From NCBI RefSeq assembly GCF_009914755.1, contig NC_060925.1: 64,000 nucleotides of DNA. One strand, written 5' to 3'. Origin of the DNA: the human T2T-CHM13v2.0 reference genome, Homo sapiens. The notes below the pieces were generated by a model that did no database searches, had not been told where the DNA came from, and worked only from the letters and a program-made list of their open reading frames with translations. Shown piece by piece: positions 1-17,930 of this stretch. Both the position numbers and the translations under genes were made by a program. How positions within the stretch are numbered: the stretch's first letter is position 1; each line of letters begins with the position of its first letter.

Positions 1-11
1 TTTTCCGGGAG

Positions 12-302
<291 letters not shown>

Positions 303-309
303 GAAGTAT

Positions 310-2220
<1,911 letters not shown>

Positions 2221-2382
2221 AAAACACTCTATCTACCCTGGTCTTTTACTCTCTGGCCCTCTTGCTCACATATTCCCGTCCCTCGCTTTCCTGACTCAAA
2301 TCAGGTCCCTGATTCTGCAAACCACTTAAAAGTTTCCTTCCTACCCAAATTTCTAGTATTGTCAATGTAAGATGACCTTTGC

Positions 2383-2442
2383 TTAGGGCTATTTTTCTCC
2401 TTTGAGGAATATTAGGGCTATTTTTCTCCTTCGAGGAATATT
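2383..2442. repeat. 29-bp tandem duplication
   Basis: ttagggctatttttctcctt(t/c)gaggaata at 2383 and 2412, one mismatch. Confidence 0.95.
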
Positions 2443-2499
2443 CTATGTGATTTGTTTTTACTTTCTCACTTCCAATTCATGCTTTGAACTAATACAATT

Positions 2500-4010
2500 T
2501 GAATTTCACTAACACCACTCCATGATCACTGCTGACCCTGTGGACAGAAACCAATAACCTCCTCACTTTCAAATCCAGTGGAAGCATTTCTGCTCCATTT
2601 TATTTTGGTTTCTCTGCAACATTTGATGCTTCTGACTCCTTCCTCCTTCTCAAAATCCTCATTCCCTTGCACATAACATTGTGGTTAAGAGTACAGACTT
2701 TTAGTCAGAGACATTGTTCCAATCCAAGTTTGCCACTTATACAGATATAAGACCTTGGACTAATTACTTTCTTGTTTCTTATTTTCCTTGTATGTTAAGA
2801 GAACATAATAATATCTATGTCTTAGTATTGTCGAAAGATTAAGTGGAATATATTTATAATGTGCTTAGCCAAGTGTCTAGCACATAGAAGATGCTTCATC
2901 AATGATAGCCATGATGATTACCTTTCTACTAATTTCCAAGACATTCTTCCATCCTGGCTGTCTCTCTGGCCATTGGGTGAGTCCCCTTTAAAGGTTCCTT
3001 GTCCTCTGGTTACCATTTAAAATGTATTATGCCTGAGAGTTTAATCCTCCTTTATTTTGTTTTTCATCTGTTTGTTTTTACATTTTAGATTGTTACTTTA
3101 AAAAATAAAATAGTAACAAGTATTAAGTAGAAGCAAAATAACATTTATGAAATACACGTAGGATATAAAAGAAACATGTACAACTTGCACCCCTGTTCCT
3201 ACCACCCTTTTGAAGAAATAGAATATTACATTCATCTTTGAAACCTCCTGTGTACTGCTGGGATCCTATCCCCAACCCTTTCCCAACAGAGACAACTGCT
3301 ATCCTGATTTTTGTGCTTATCTGTTCCTCACTTATAAGTTTTACCACATGTGTTTAGTTTTGCAAGCTTTTGAACTTTATATGAAAAGAATCATCATGGA
3401 TATTCTCTTCTGCAACTTTATTTTTCCACTTAACATTATGTTCGTAAGGTTCATACATGTTGTTTCTGCAGCTCTGCCTTACAATTTTTTGTTGCTGGAT
3501 TATTCCATTGTATGAATACTCCACATTTCTTTAGCTTTTCTATTGTTGATGAATATTTGGGTTGTTTCCAATTTTTTTTGTTGCTATAAACGTCTCTTCT
3601 ATATCTTCTTTGAAATTTTCTAGGCTATATATCCAGAACTGGTATTGCTGGGTGAGAGCGTTTGCACATCTTTAATAGTTAATTGAAGATTGTTTTTCAA
3701 AATAGTTGTATCAATTTGTACTTCATCATCATTGCATAAATATTCCAATTATTGACATCCTTACCAGTACATGACACTGTCATACTTTTCTTATTGATTT
3801 TTTACTCTATCCACTCTCCCTTAGCTCCGTCTACCGCTTCTGAGCTGATGACCACCAAATGTTTATCTCAAGCTTATATCTTTCACCTGAGCTCCATATC
3901 CATGCATTCAACTGCCTATTTGATATCTGCTCCTGTTTGTCTTCAGGCAGAGCAAATGTAACATGTCTCAAACGAAGCATATCTTTTTCAGTGGATTGTA
4001 CCATCTTTAC
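2500..4010 (+). mobile_element. L2 fragment interrupted by a MIR (+, ~2680-2905) and an old L1ME-like 3' piece (-, ~3110-3800)
   Basis: L2 motifs (aaatccagtgg..tctctgcaacatttgat; tcaactgcctatttgatatct..aacatgtc) continue across the inserts; MIR motif gtggttaagagtacagac. Confidence 0.6.
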
Positions 4011-4139
4011 CCCATCATCAAAATGAGGAATCAAGACATCATCCTGGACTGGCTTGGGCAATGAAACCTGTGTTAATAGGATAGATGTCATTACCAAGCA
4101 GAAGTTGTAAGACTCAGTGTGTGCTTCACCATGGCCTAT

Positions 4140-4342
4140 ACCCCCAGCCACAATGAATAGGGCTTTACATCTGGTGGAGCCTCTGTCAGCCTCAACTCCT
4201 GAGTGAAAACAACATGGAGCAGAACCCTGCTTGCACATAAGCAACATGTGGCATAAATAAAATAAAATGTTTGCTGTTTCAAGTCACTGGAAGTTTGAAG
4301 TTATTTGTAACTACAACATAACATAGACTATTCTAACAAATA
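4140..4342 (+). mobile_element. MLT1 (ERVL-MaLR) LTR 3' part
   Basis: gagcctctgtcagcct...aataaa...aagtcactgg..ttatttgtaactacaacataac, typical of the MLT1I/J end. Confidence 0.6.
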
Positions 4343-5911
4343 TACCCTTATTTCCATCTTCGTGGCTGCTGAACACATACGAGCAGCAGGGCGAAAGAAT
4401 TTTCCAGTTCCCTTGGAGTCTACTGCTACTAGATTTGATTTTTTTTTTTTGCAACTTCCTGAATATACTCTTATGTTGGCATACAAATAATAGCCTTTGA
4501 ATGCCCAACTTCAGAGTGTGCTGAGTTCTTTCCAAGTGGCATTAGTTGAGGTTTTGGCACTTTCTTTCAGAACACAGCTATCCTCTATCTGCATAAAAGT
4601 CAGCTGTTATCTTCTTTCCAAAGCCATCAAATCCCAAAATAGCATGAGTTGGAAGTAGGTTAATATCTTCCTGGCAAAGTCTAGTGTCAGGTTTCAAGGG
4701 CACCATTTAACATTCAGCTGACTGGGGGACATAACCTAGACTGTGTCTATAATTCTCAAAGACCTACAGAATTTTGCTTTTAAGGAACTAATCGAATTGA
4801 AGCCATATTATGACATTAACCAAGTAAAAGGAAATGAACATTGAGCACCTTCAAGTGCCAAGCATTTTGTGTATACCGTCTTGTTTAATCTTCAAAACCA
4901 CCCTGTGTGTTAGATATTATTAGTCTAGCTGATAAGTCATTCCAAGAAAATAGATTCAAAGTGAGTGAGTGACTGGCCAAGGTCACAGTAAAGATTCTGG
5001 ATATAAAGATATAAAGGTCAGAACGTAGGGCTTCTTGTAAGGTGTTCTTTTGAATTCAGCATGGACTCTTCATTGTGTCACTTCATTTAGTGTAAGATTT
5101 AAAAATAACACAAATGCGGCCAGATGAGTTGCCTGAGCCTTGACTCACCCGTCTAACAAACATTGCCTTTTACTTAGTCTGTGTGGATAGCAGTGCTAGA
5201 GAGAGAAAACACAGAAAAAGAAAAGATAGAATAAATTAGAGGAACAAATCCCTGCCCTCAGGGGCTCATGATATACAGTGGTATACAAGGTTACACAGGC
5301 AGGCTAATTACAATGTGATGTGATAAATGCATCCATCCATTCATTTCCCAAACATGTACCAAGGGCTGAGGATGTGGAGACAGAATCACAGCGTCTGCCT
5401 TCAAGGAGCGCAGAGCTCCATGTCACAGGTGGAACAAGGGAAGTCTATTGAGTGGAAACATCAAGGAAAGCATGGCTGCTTCTCTCAGAGGAGTCAGCAA
5501 AAACTTCATACCTGGGATAATTCTGGAGATGGGTTTTGAAAGATAAGTTGATGACAACCAGAAAGAGAGCATTTCAGGACACTAGAGTGGCATAAGCAAA
5601 GGCCCGGAGGACGGGGTTGTGAATTCTGTCCTGGAGAGCAGGAAAAGCTTCCCAGAGGAAACTCCGGTGCACTGAGACTTGGAGGATGACTAGGAACAGA
5701 TCTAGCTGACAAAGTGCAGAAAGGCACCATGAGAGCAGACAGAACAGCAGATGCCGAAGCATGCAGTCTTCTTCAGGGAAAGCGCAAGCAGTTGAACCTG
5801 CCTGTGGGGCAAGGTTCACGTGGGGAAGTGGTAGAAAAGGAAACAGGAGAGCAATGGCCAGAGGTGCACTACGAAGAATGTTGAATGGTTTGTAAGGAAA
5901 ACTGATACACC

Positions 5912-6135
5912 TTGTGAACTCTAAATATCTGAAACAGGTCTCAGTCAATTTAGAAAGTTTATTTTGCCATTGTTAAGGACGAGCCCGTGACACAGCCTCA
6001 GAAGGTCCTGACAACACGTGCTCAAGGTGGTCGGGGTATAGCTTGCTTTTATACATTTTAGGGAAGCATAATACATCAATCAATACATGTAAGATTTATG
6101 TTGGTTCAATCCGGAAGTCAGGGGACAACTCGAGA
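5912..6135 (-). mobile_element. MER4-family ERV1 LTR fragment
   Basis: caggtctcagtcaatttagaaagtttattttgcc...gacacagcctcag..ttttatacattttaggg matches recalled MER4A antisense. Confidence 0.8.
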
Positions 6136-6158
6136 TAGCAATGATTACTTTAAATGAT

Positions 6159-6546
6159 TGTCTTAGTCAGCTTGGGCTGCTATAACAAATACCATAGACT
6201 TCAAACCACGGAAATTTAATTCCCACAGTTCTGAGCCTGGAAGTTTGAGAGGGAGTGCCTACATGGTTGGGTTCTGGTGCGGGACTTCTTGCTTTATAGA
6301 CAGCCACCCTCTCACTGTGTCCTCACATGGTGAGGAGTCAGAGACAAAGACAGAGAGAGTGAGAGAGAGAGTGAGTGCAAGCTCTGTGGCGTCTTTTCTT
6401 ACAAGGACACTAATCCCATCACAGGGGATCCACCCTCTTGGCCTCATCCTACACACCTCCCATGGGCTCCACCTCCAAATACCATCTTATTAGGGATTAT
6501 GGCTTCAATATAAATTATGGGGAGACACAAATATTTAGTGCATAGA
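6159..6546 (-). mobile_element. MLT1A-like MaLR solo LTR
   Basis: tgtcttagtcagcttgggctgctataacaaatacc ... ctccaaataccatc ... ggggagacacaaatatttag. Confidence 0.8.
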
Positions 6547-8317
6547 AATTATCATTTAAAAAAGGCATTGTAAGAAGGAAACAACATGGCCACATTTGCA
6601 GTTTTAAAAAATCACCCTGGCAAATGTGTGGGATATCATGAGCAAAGCCCCCTCTTCCACACTGGCAGTCACTATTCATGCTGGCAGATTTGATCCAGCT
6701 TCTCCTTTGAGCTTCCTCAGCACCTCTGCTTCCCTCTCTCATCACACTTAGAACATGTTTGGTGATTACATGCTTGTATGCTGGTGTCTCACAAGAGTGA
6801 GTTTCCTGAGGACAGAGATTGTATTGATCTCTGTGTCCTCAGAATTGTCTGGTAGAAAGTGTGTATTAAAAAATATTTAAATGAATGTGAATCTATTACA
6901 CGACCACACATCATAGCAGCTGGTCTCCACTTCACTTGGGAGAGATTTTCTCTTTTCATATTCCACATTCAAGTGCCTTATCACTGAAGCCTGACCTGGT
7001 CCCAGGCCTATGATGTCATGTTTCAAAAGTTCCTCCTTGGACCCTGGGTGGTATGCATGGTGTCCATGTCCCCCTCACTTCCCAGAACTATTCACATCCA
7101 GTTTCCAGTTTCTTTTTACTTGCCTTGAAATTGACGACAAATGAAATTTGCAAGCCCATCTAGGAAATGACCTCAGCACCCAAGTCATTTCCTGGGGCCG
7201 TTAATATTCTTAAATGTATGAAGAAGTTGAGGTGTTTTTTTATAAATTCCCAGGACCACTGGTAAACAATTTTCACCCCTATAAATGGATAAAAGATGAT
7301 GTCACAGCACAGGAGAAGGTCTTGTTGCTTTAGCCCTCCCTTCTTGTTTAATGACTGCCTCAAATTTCTCTGACTTTGGCTCCCTTCTGGAGGCTGACAT
7401 GCCAGATCACTGGGGCTTGTCTGAGACCTTTTGCCACTTGAGACGATGCACGTTCAGAGAGCTCATGGAAGGAGGGATTGATTTTTCAACATCATAGCAT
7501 TAGGCTGCACATCCTCTGACACATCCCAGATGGATCCCTTAGCCATTCATTAGTTCAAGCAATATTTATAGAGTTCTTACAGTGGACAAGCCTGTGCTGG
7601 ATTCTGCAGTCACAGAGGTGAGAGAGGAGGCAGAGTATTTCACTGGTTCCAAGTTAAAACAACCATGACTAAGACCTGCTTTATTCATATCAAAGAATTT
7701 TCAGGGTAGGTAAAGAATATGTATAACCACGTGGCTATGATACAATTAATATTGAGGGTAGCAAGAGCTTTAAGAAAAACAAAATATATAAACACACATA
7801 CTTTATATTTATCATATATAAGCATATATTATATATATATATCTCATGTATAGTTATATAGGTATTTATAACTGTGTATGCCTATTCTATATATTTCCTA
7901 TATATTATATATAAATGTATATCTTATTTATTCACTATAGTGCTTCCTATAAGCCAGATCCTATTTTGAATGTTTTTACAAATTAATTCATTTTTAAATT
8001 CTCACAATATTGCCATGAAATAGGTACTATTATCATCATCTCCATTTTATACATAAGAAACTTGAAGCTTAGATATTTTAAGTAATGTACTCATGATCAA
8101 TTAAGCTGCTGAGTAAAGATTTGAATCAGGTAGAATATCTCCCATGGCTATGTTATTAATCTCTGTGCTATAAACTGCACAGGGGATTATGAGGGGAGGC
8201 TGCACTTGTGTGCAGGCATTAAGGCGTGGGCAGAAATAGCTTGAACAGATCCTTTGAGTTGGGGCCTTGGCAGACTATTCTCAATGACTGGCAAGTAAAA
8301 TAGCATGGTTTGATCAT

Positions 8318-9018
<701 letters not shown>

Positions 9019-9376
9019 TGGGCATAAGAAGATGATGCCTGTCTTCAGCTCTGTGAAGGGGACATATGGAAGAGGGGTCACATTCTCAAAGCCATCATGA
9101 AGGCCAGTGGGTAGACAGTGCAGGCACATTAGAGGCTGGCTCACTGGTTGTCTATCAGTGAGGCCCGCACAGGAGTGAAATCATCTGCCTCTTTTTCACC
9201 CAGCTTGGCTGTTTAAATGGTCTAGCCTGCATGTTTATCTTGGTGGTTAAGGACGTGTCTCTGGGATTCCATTAGGTTGACTTGTTTAACTCAATCGTAC
9301 TAGAACTTGGGTACCATCCTCCTGTGCCTGAAGAGACCAGCAGTGGCCACAGCTGACAATAAAGACACTAAGTACC

Positions 9377-10004
9377 TGTTTCAGTTGTCTACTTCTGTGA
9401 AATAAACTACCCAAAATGTGATAGTGTAAAACAGCAACCATCTTATTGTGCTCATAGACCCTAGGTCAGGAATTGGGAAAGGGCATAGCAGGTACAGTTT
9501 GTCTCTGTTCCAGTGTCTCAGGCCTCAGCTAGGAGACTCAGACTGGGGTAACTTGACGGTAGGAGCAGGAATCCTATGAAGGCTGCTTTACTCACACATC
9601 TGGAGTTGATGCTACCTGTTGGTGAGAACCTCAGCTAGGGCTGTCAATTAGAACACCTACGAAAAGCCACTCCATGTGGCTGCCTGTACTTCCTCACAGC
9701 ATGGCAGCTGGGTCCCAAGAGTTACCATCCCAACAGATGCAGATGGAAGCTGTATTGCCTTTTATGACCTGCTCTCTAAAGTCCCATAGAATTACTTCTA
9801 CTATGGTCACAAGATTCAAGACAAGGAAAGATTCAAGAGAAGGAAACTAGATTCAAGAGAAGGAAACTAGACTCCCCACAAATGAAATTGCCAACAGAAG
9901 GAAACCAGACTCCCACAAATGAAATTGCCAAGGCCATTTTGTAGAAAGGAAATGTGGGATAGGAGATATTACTATGGACATATTTGGAAAATACAGTCTC
10001 CCAC
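9377..10004 (-). mobile_element. MLT1G-like MaLR LTR with internal nested duplications
   Basis: taaaacagcaacc..ggtcaggaattgggaaaggg ... tttggaaaatacagtctcccaca terminus. Confidence 0.7.
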
Positions 10005-10016
10005 ATTCAGAATTCA

Positions 10017-10444
<428 letters not shown>

Positions 10445-10756
10445 TTAAATTACCTCTCTGGAGAATTTCAGGTGGGTGGTTCAATGTATTTTACTATGAA
10501 TTCCCTCATATGGAATTATTTTATCTTAATAAGCATAGCTAAAAATATATAACGAGAATTTACACAATATAACATATTTTTTATTTTATTTATATACTTA
10601 TTGTCATAATTGTTTTACATTTAATATATTTATATAATATACAAATGATTTCAATATTTATAATATTTATATTTACATTTTTAGAAATAAATTGTATATG
10701 AATACCCATATTTATAACAGGTATATAAAATATAAATATGTAATAAAATATAATAA

Positions 10757-11052
<296 letters not shown>

Positions 11053-11353
11053 TAAATAGCAAAAACACTAAAAATGGCTCACTTGAATTAAATAAAACCC
11101 ATCAGTTTGAAAAACGTCAAACACAAATAAAATAAAAAGTCATAGAGCTACAATAGAAATTTATCTTCATGCACTTCGTTCACACATTTCTTATTCTCTG
11201 AAGAGAGGATTCAACAAATATGGAGACTCCCTGAAGTACATGTACTCTTTTATCCAAGATTCTTATAAATGATCATCTCAAAGAAGAGGGGGCTCTTGCA
11301 TGAAATACACTCCCTGAGTCTTGTCTTTCCATCTGGCCTCCACCTCCCTAATA

Positions 11354-11378
11354 CACACACACACACACACACACACAC
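11354..11378. repeat. (CA)n microsatellite
   Basis: About 12 CA units. Confidence 0.95.
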
Positions 11379-11994
11379 AGAGGCAAACACATGCACGCAC
11401 ACACAAGTACACACATGCATTGTCCACTAATGACGGAGCAGCACTCATTAGTCACCTGCAGGTGCACTGACTTAGGCACATCAGGTTTTACCCAGCATTT
11501 TTCACAGGAGTAAAATTATATTCACCCACACACCAGAAAGGAGGTCTGCTAGGAATCTTTTAAAAACCGGGTGCTTAATTTATATGAGACGGTGTCTAGA
11601 CATTTATTTTCTGGAAATATTTAACTTGGATAAGACACGTGGCCCCCAAGATGAATGCAGGATTGAAATATTTCACTTGAAAATCTGTGCAAGGAAACGT
11701 CTGGTTGAGTGCAATGAGGTTAAACATAAAAATATTTTCCTAGGATGGAAAGGTCATCCTGTTTGCTATGTGCTAAAAGGACATGGCATTGGAATACTCC
11801 TAGTTTCCAAAGCAATAATTACTTTTGCTATACCTATATTTCTGTAATTATATATTCATTTACATAAGTCTATATGTGAATACACAACTTAGTTATTGGG
11901 GGAGAAATACTAGAGATAGAAATTCCAGAGATTATATACAATGGGGGCTTTATTTGACTTTGAATTTGAAATTTTTGCTTTAATATCCTAGGCT

Positions 11995-12200
11995 ATAAGG
12001 GGACAAACACATTTTCTGTAAAGGACGAAGTAACAAATACTTTGGGTTTTGCAGGCACTACAGTGTGTCACAACTACTCAGCTCTGCCATTGTTCTATAG
12101 AAGCTGCCAAAGATAATACGTAAAGATAATACATACACAAGTGGGTATGGCTATGTCTCAATAAACTTTGTTCACAAAAACAGGCATTTGCCACCCTCTG
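11995..12200 (+). mobile_element. MER58A-like hAT-Charlie MITE
   Basis: ttttctgtaaagg..caactactcagctctgccattgt..caataaactttgttcacaaaaacagg. Confidence 0.8.
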
Positions 12201-12207
12201 TCTTAGA

Positions 12208-12460
12208 TCAGCAGCTTTAGAATCATTTTAACTGTGACTCATAAGAAATAAATTTTATACCATCACCCAGAATAGACATCTATATGTGTCTGTCTGTGCA
12301 CTCACAAAACAATACCTACCTTTATAATGAGCATGGGTGCGGTTATTTTCTACTCTATCCAATTTGATTATAAATAATTTTTTAAATGCTGACAGCCACC
12401 ATCTCAACTGATTTCAGGACCCACTAATGGGTCATAACCCCCAGTGTGCAGAAGACTATA
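12208..12460 (+). mobile_element. MER112-like hAT MITE
   Basis: taagaaataaattttatacc ... tttcaggacccactaatgggtcataaccc. Confidence 0.55.
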
Positions 12461-12849
12461 CTGGGCCAACTCTATGCTTGTGTTTAAAGTGAATAGCGTG
12501 CAAACAGCTCGAGGCAGACAAAGAATCACTGTCCCTCTGTTAATGAATGGGAATGCTTGCCCTTAGTCTGAAGCTTCTGCGCCTGCTTGGGTTTTCACAT
12601 CTCTGGAATCTGATAAAGTTGTGACCCAATAACTAGAGAGAGCATGCATTGCGGAGAATAATGAGTATAAAAGGTCTGGGTAAAAGCCAGAGGACAGGAA
12701 GCTGGATGCTTATCTTTTTTAATGGGGAATAGGGAAACAATCTTTTCTCTTCAGAATGAGTCTAGTAGAGCTAGCAGAAACCTTTCTCTAAATGGAACCA
12801 AAGTGGGCAAGAAAACAAAGAGTAAAAACCTTTCTGATGCAAGGGATTG

Positions 12850-13140
12850 AGCCCCAGAGTTAGAATCAGATGTTGTAGTCCCAGTCCTGCTGTGGTCACT
12901 ATCTAGTTGACAGCCTTGGCAGGTCACTCCTCTCTCTGGTCCTCAATTTCCTATCCTGCTAGCTGGGTGAATTTAGGCAAGTTCCTTTACTTCTCTGAGC
13001 CTCAGATTCCTCAAATGTGAAGTAGGGTGATAACGTTACCTACTTCAGAGGATTGTAGTGGGGATTACGGAAACAAGTTAATGAATGATGTTCATAAAGT
13101 ATTTGACACATGCCTAAAACAAAGTTAACATTTGGTATAT
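12850..13140 (+). mobile_element. Two tandem MIR fragments
   Basis: MIR cores ggcaagttcctttacttctctgagcctcagattcctc and ccttggcaggtcactcctctctctgg. Confidence 0.75.
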
Positions 13141-13199
13141 AATACCTGCACAAGGATATATAAATACTTGATACATAACACTTGCTACTGTTTCCCCCA

Positions 13200-14750
13200 T
13201 CTTTTTATTTTGAAAACTTTCAAACAGAAAAGTTGAAAGGATAATCCAAGTAACTCCTATTTTTCCTAAACTTAGATTTACTTAACTGTTAGTATTTTGC
13301 CATGTCTTCACATGTTCCCCCCATCACACACAGTCTTTCCCTCCCTCATTAATCAATCTGTCTATATCTATATCTATTTACATACATATGTTTTTGTGAA
13401 CCATTTAAGAATAACTTGCAAACATCAAGACATTGCATTCCTAAATAATTCAACATGAATCTCTCATCTCTTACAATGATATTCTTCCTTACAATATCAT
13501 TATCAGACCCAAGAAATTTAATTTCATAAAATATTATTTAATATACATTCCATATTCAAAGTTCCCCAGTAATGTTCAGAATCCAAACAAGTATCACACC
13601 CTGCATTTGGCTGCCAGATCTCCTTAGTTTGATCTAACACAGAACATTTCTCCTGCCTTTTTACTTTCTTTTTTTCATGATATTGACTGTTTTAAAGATT
13701 CTAAGACAGTTGTCTTGTTATGTATATTTGGACTAGGACAAAAAATGAGTAAATATATTGACTTTAATTGGAAACCATGATTCTCACTGTAAAAGATGGG
13801 AGATGTAAATATCAGTGAGGAAGGTGAGCAAGAACACGGTATTGTATTGTTTCAGACTTTGTATTAATCAGGATTCTTAATTAGAAACAGAACCAATAGG
13901 ATTTGTATACACGCACACACACACACAAATATATAGAGAGAGATTTATTCAAGGAATTGGTGTACAGGATTATGGAGGCTTCCAAGTCCAAAATATGCAG
14001 GGTTGGCCAGCAAGATAGAGATCCAGAGAAGAGCCAATGTTGCAGTTTAAGGCTGAAGGCCATCTGCTGAAGAGTTCCCTCTTGCTTGGGGGACATGAGT
14101 CTTTTGTTTTATTCAGGCCTTCGACTGATTGGATGAGGCCCATTCACATTAAGGAGGGTAATCTGCTTCATGTAAAGTCTACAGATTTAAATGTTAATCT
14201 CATCCAAAAACATCCTCAAAGAAACCTCCAGAATAACGTTTAACCAAATATTTGGGCACTGTGATCCACCCAAGCTGACATATAAAACTAACCATCAGAG
14301 ACTCCAATAGATGAAGATAGAGACAGAAATACATATACATACATTTATTTATTTTAGCTCTGTAATGAAAGGGCCCAGAAGCAATGATACCCCAGTAGCA
14401 GAGAGCACATATTATGTCTACATCTTGATTTCTAAATACCATTCTCCACTAAAAAGAACCACTGCCTCTTAGAGAAACAGCTGATTCTGGCTCTGGGGCA
14501 AAGAAAATATAAGGTAAGTCGAGAATCTCTTGTTGTCAGAAAACAAAGAGGTACTCAAAGATTGATGGCGAAATATCAAAAGAACATAGGAATTGGTTTG
14601 AAGGAATTCCCACTGGTCAAATCAATTGGGAAATCAAAAAGAATAGTGATAATAATTCACAGTCCACTTAAGAATAAGAAAGAAAGAAGAATCCATAAGA
14701 TCATGATAATAAATATAAAATTTAAAGTAGGAAAGAAGGAAGTTGTTCTT
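13200..14750. mobile_element. Old L1 (L1MC/ME-like) 3' fragments in both orientations, the second split by MLT2
   Basis: tattttgaaaactttcaaacagaaaagttgaa (antisense L1 3' end); cagaagcaatgataccccagtagca, ctaaataccattctccactaaaaagaacc (sense L1MC-type 3' UTR). Confidence 0.55.
13860..14296 (-). mobile_element. MLT2A-like ERVL solo LTR
   Basis: tgtattaatcaggattct..gaaacagaaccaatagga ... ttcaggccttcgactgattggatgaggccc ... aagctgacatataaaactaaccatca. Confidence 0.9.
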
Positions 14751-14812
14751 TGAAATAGTTACTACTAGGAAAAGGAGGAATATTGGGTTCAACTCTATGG
14801 TCTTCAAGTTTT

Positions 14813-14886
14813 TTCTTTTTAAGTGAAAGCAAGTTTATTAAGGAAGTAAAAGAATAAAAGAATGGCTACTCCCTAGGCAGAGCAGC
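14813..14886 (-). mobile_element. Short polyadenylated retrocopy of a MER41-like LTR segment
   Basis: aagtgaaagcaagtttattaaggaagtaaaagaataaaagaatggctactccctaggcagagcagc resembles MER41 antisense; T tail; 18-bp degenerate TSD. Confidence 0.75.
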
Positions 14887-16322
14887 CTATGATCTTAAAG
14901 TTTTAATGTCATAGAACTCCAAAAGGAGCAAAAATAGGCCTGTCTTAAGTACTCACAAATAAGAGCAATTTTACTTCCTCCATAATACTAAGTTCTTTTT
15001 AAATACCTTGGTCTTTTCTCCTTTTTGTAATCAAGATTCTTCATTTGAGTTAGAAAACCCAACTGTATAGGGTGGGCAAATTTTAAGTCATATTAAAAGA
15101 TTCAAGGGCTTTAGTTGATAGGAATAGTAATATATGATTTGGCTGCTCCCAAAATTGATGAGACCTCAGACTGCACTCATAGGAAGAACGACTCCAGAGA
15201 AAAGGAGGTGATCTTTCTGCTTGTCTCTCGGTTTGGTAGCTTTTATCGGAATGCTGAGACCAATTCTTGGACAGAGATAAACCAAATTCTCACCCATAGG
15301 AAACTGTCCCAATTTGGGCTGGGGAAAGAAGGAAAGAGGGTAAAAGAACGAGTTATTGAGAAATGGCTGAAACAAATTGGAATGATGCTGCTGCTGGTGG
15401 TAATAACTATTCTTTATGGAGTGAAATGCCAAGAGTGCTGGTCCCACTAAGTCCCTTTGTACACATTATGTTATTCGTTCTCCCAGTGACACTCTAAGAG
15501 AGGCAATAGTGACCCAAGCTCAGAGAATTAGGTGGGGTGTGTAAGGCCACACAGACACTAAATAGCAAAGCTGTGATCTGACCAAGATCTGTCCAAATCC
15601 AGTGCTCATGCTCCTGTCCCTAGCGTACACTTGCCTTTGACTTAAATATGAGGTTAGGTAACCAGGAGCAGATTCCAGCTCTATCCCTATAGGACACTGG
15701 ATTTATTACTCTCCTTCTCCGAACCTTGGGTTCCTCAGCCTTTTCTCAGAACTTGGGCACCTTTGCCCTCCTGATTCTCTTCCACTTTTCCCTGACTCCA
15801 CCCCACCCTCACCATAGCTGCAGACCCTTTCTAATGAAAATCAATTCATCTCTACTCCACCTGACCAGCATTCCCAATCAGCAAAACAAAAGCAGGTGTC
15901 AGGAGAGACACGCACTGAAACTCGAGAGTTTAACGTCTTCTCTTTCATTGCTGTTTCCAAGGCCTTAATGAGGACAAAATTAGATAAGGTTTGGGGAAGA
16001 AGCTCTGGGTTAACGAGGTGTTTGTATGTGTATATCCCGTATACACAGAAAATATCCCCCACACACAGAAAAGTTCAAAGACAAGTATAACAAACGCATT
16101 GAACGCACCACCTGGATCTAACAATGTTAATATTTTGCCATGTTTGCTTCAGATTTTTTTAAATTAAAACATTTAGTTGAAGATCCATAGAAGTTCCCTC
16201 GATAAGCTTTCCCTACCTCTACCCTAGAAGTAATTATTACCATCTAGAAGCATGTATTCTTCCTTGCCAGATCTTTATGGTACATAAAGAGTTAATTTTA
16301 AACTTGTGGCATTGTTTCGCAT

Positions 16323-16896
<574 letters not shown>

Positions 16897-16905
16897 TGCA
16901 TGGTT

Positions 16906-17930
<1,025 letters not shown>

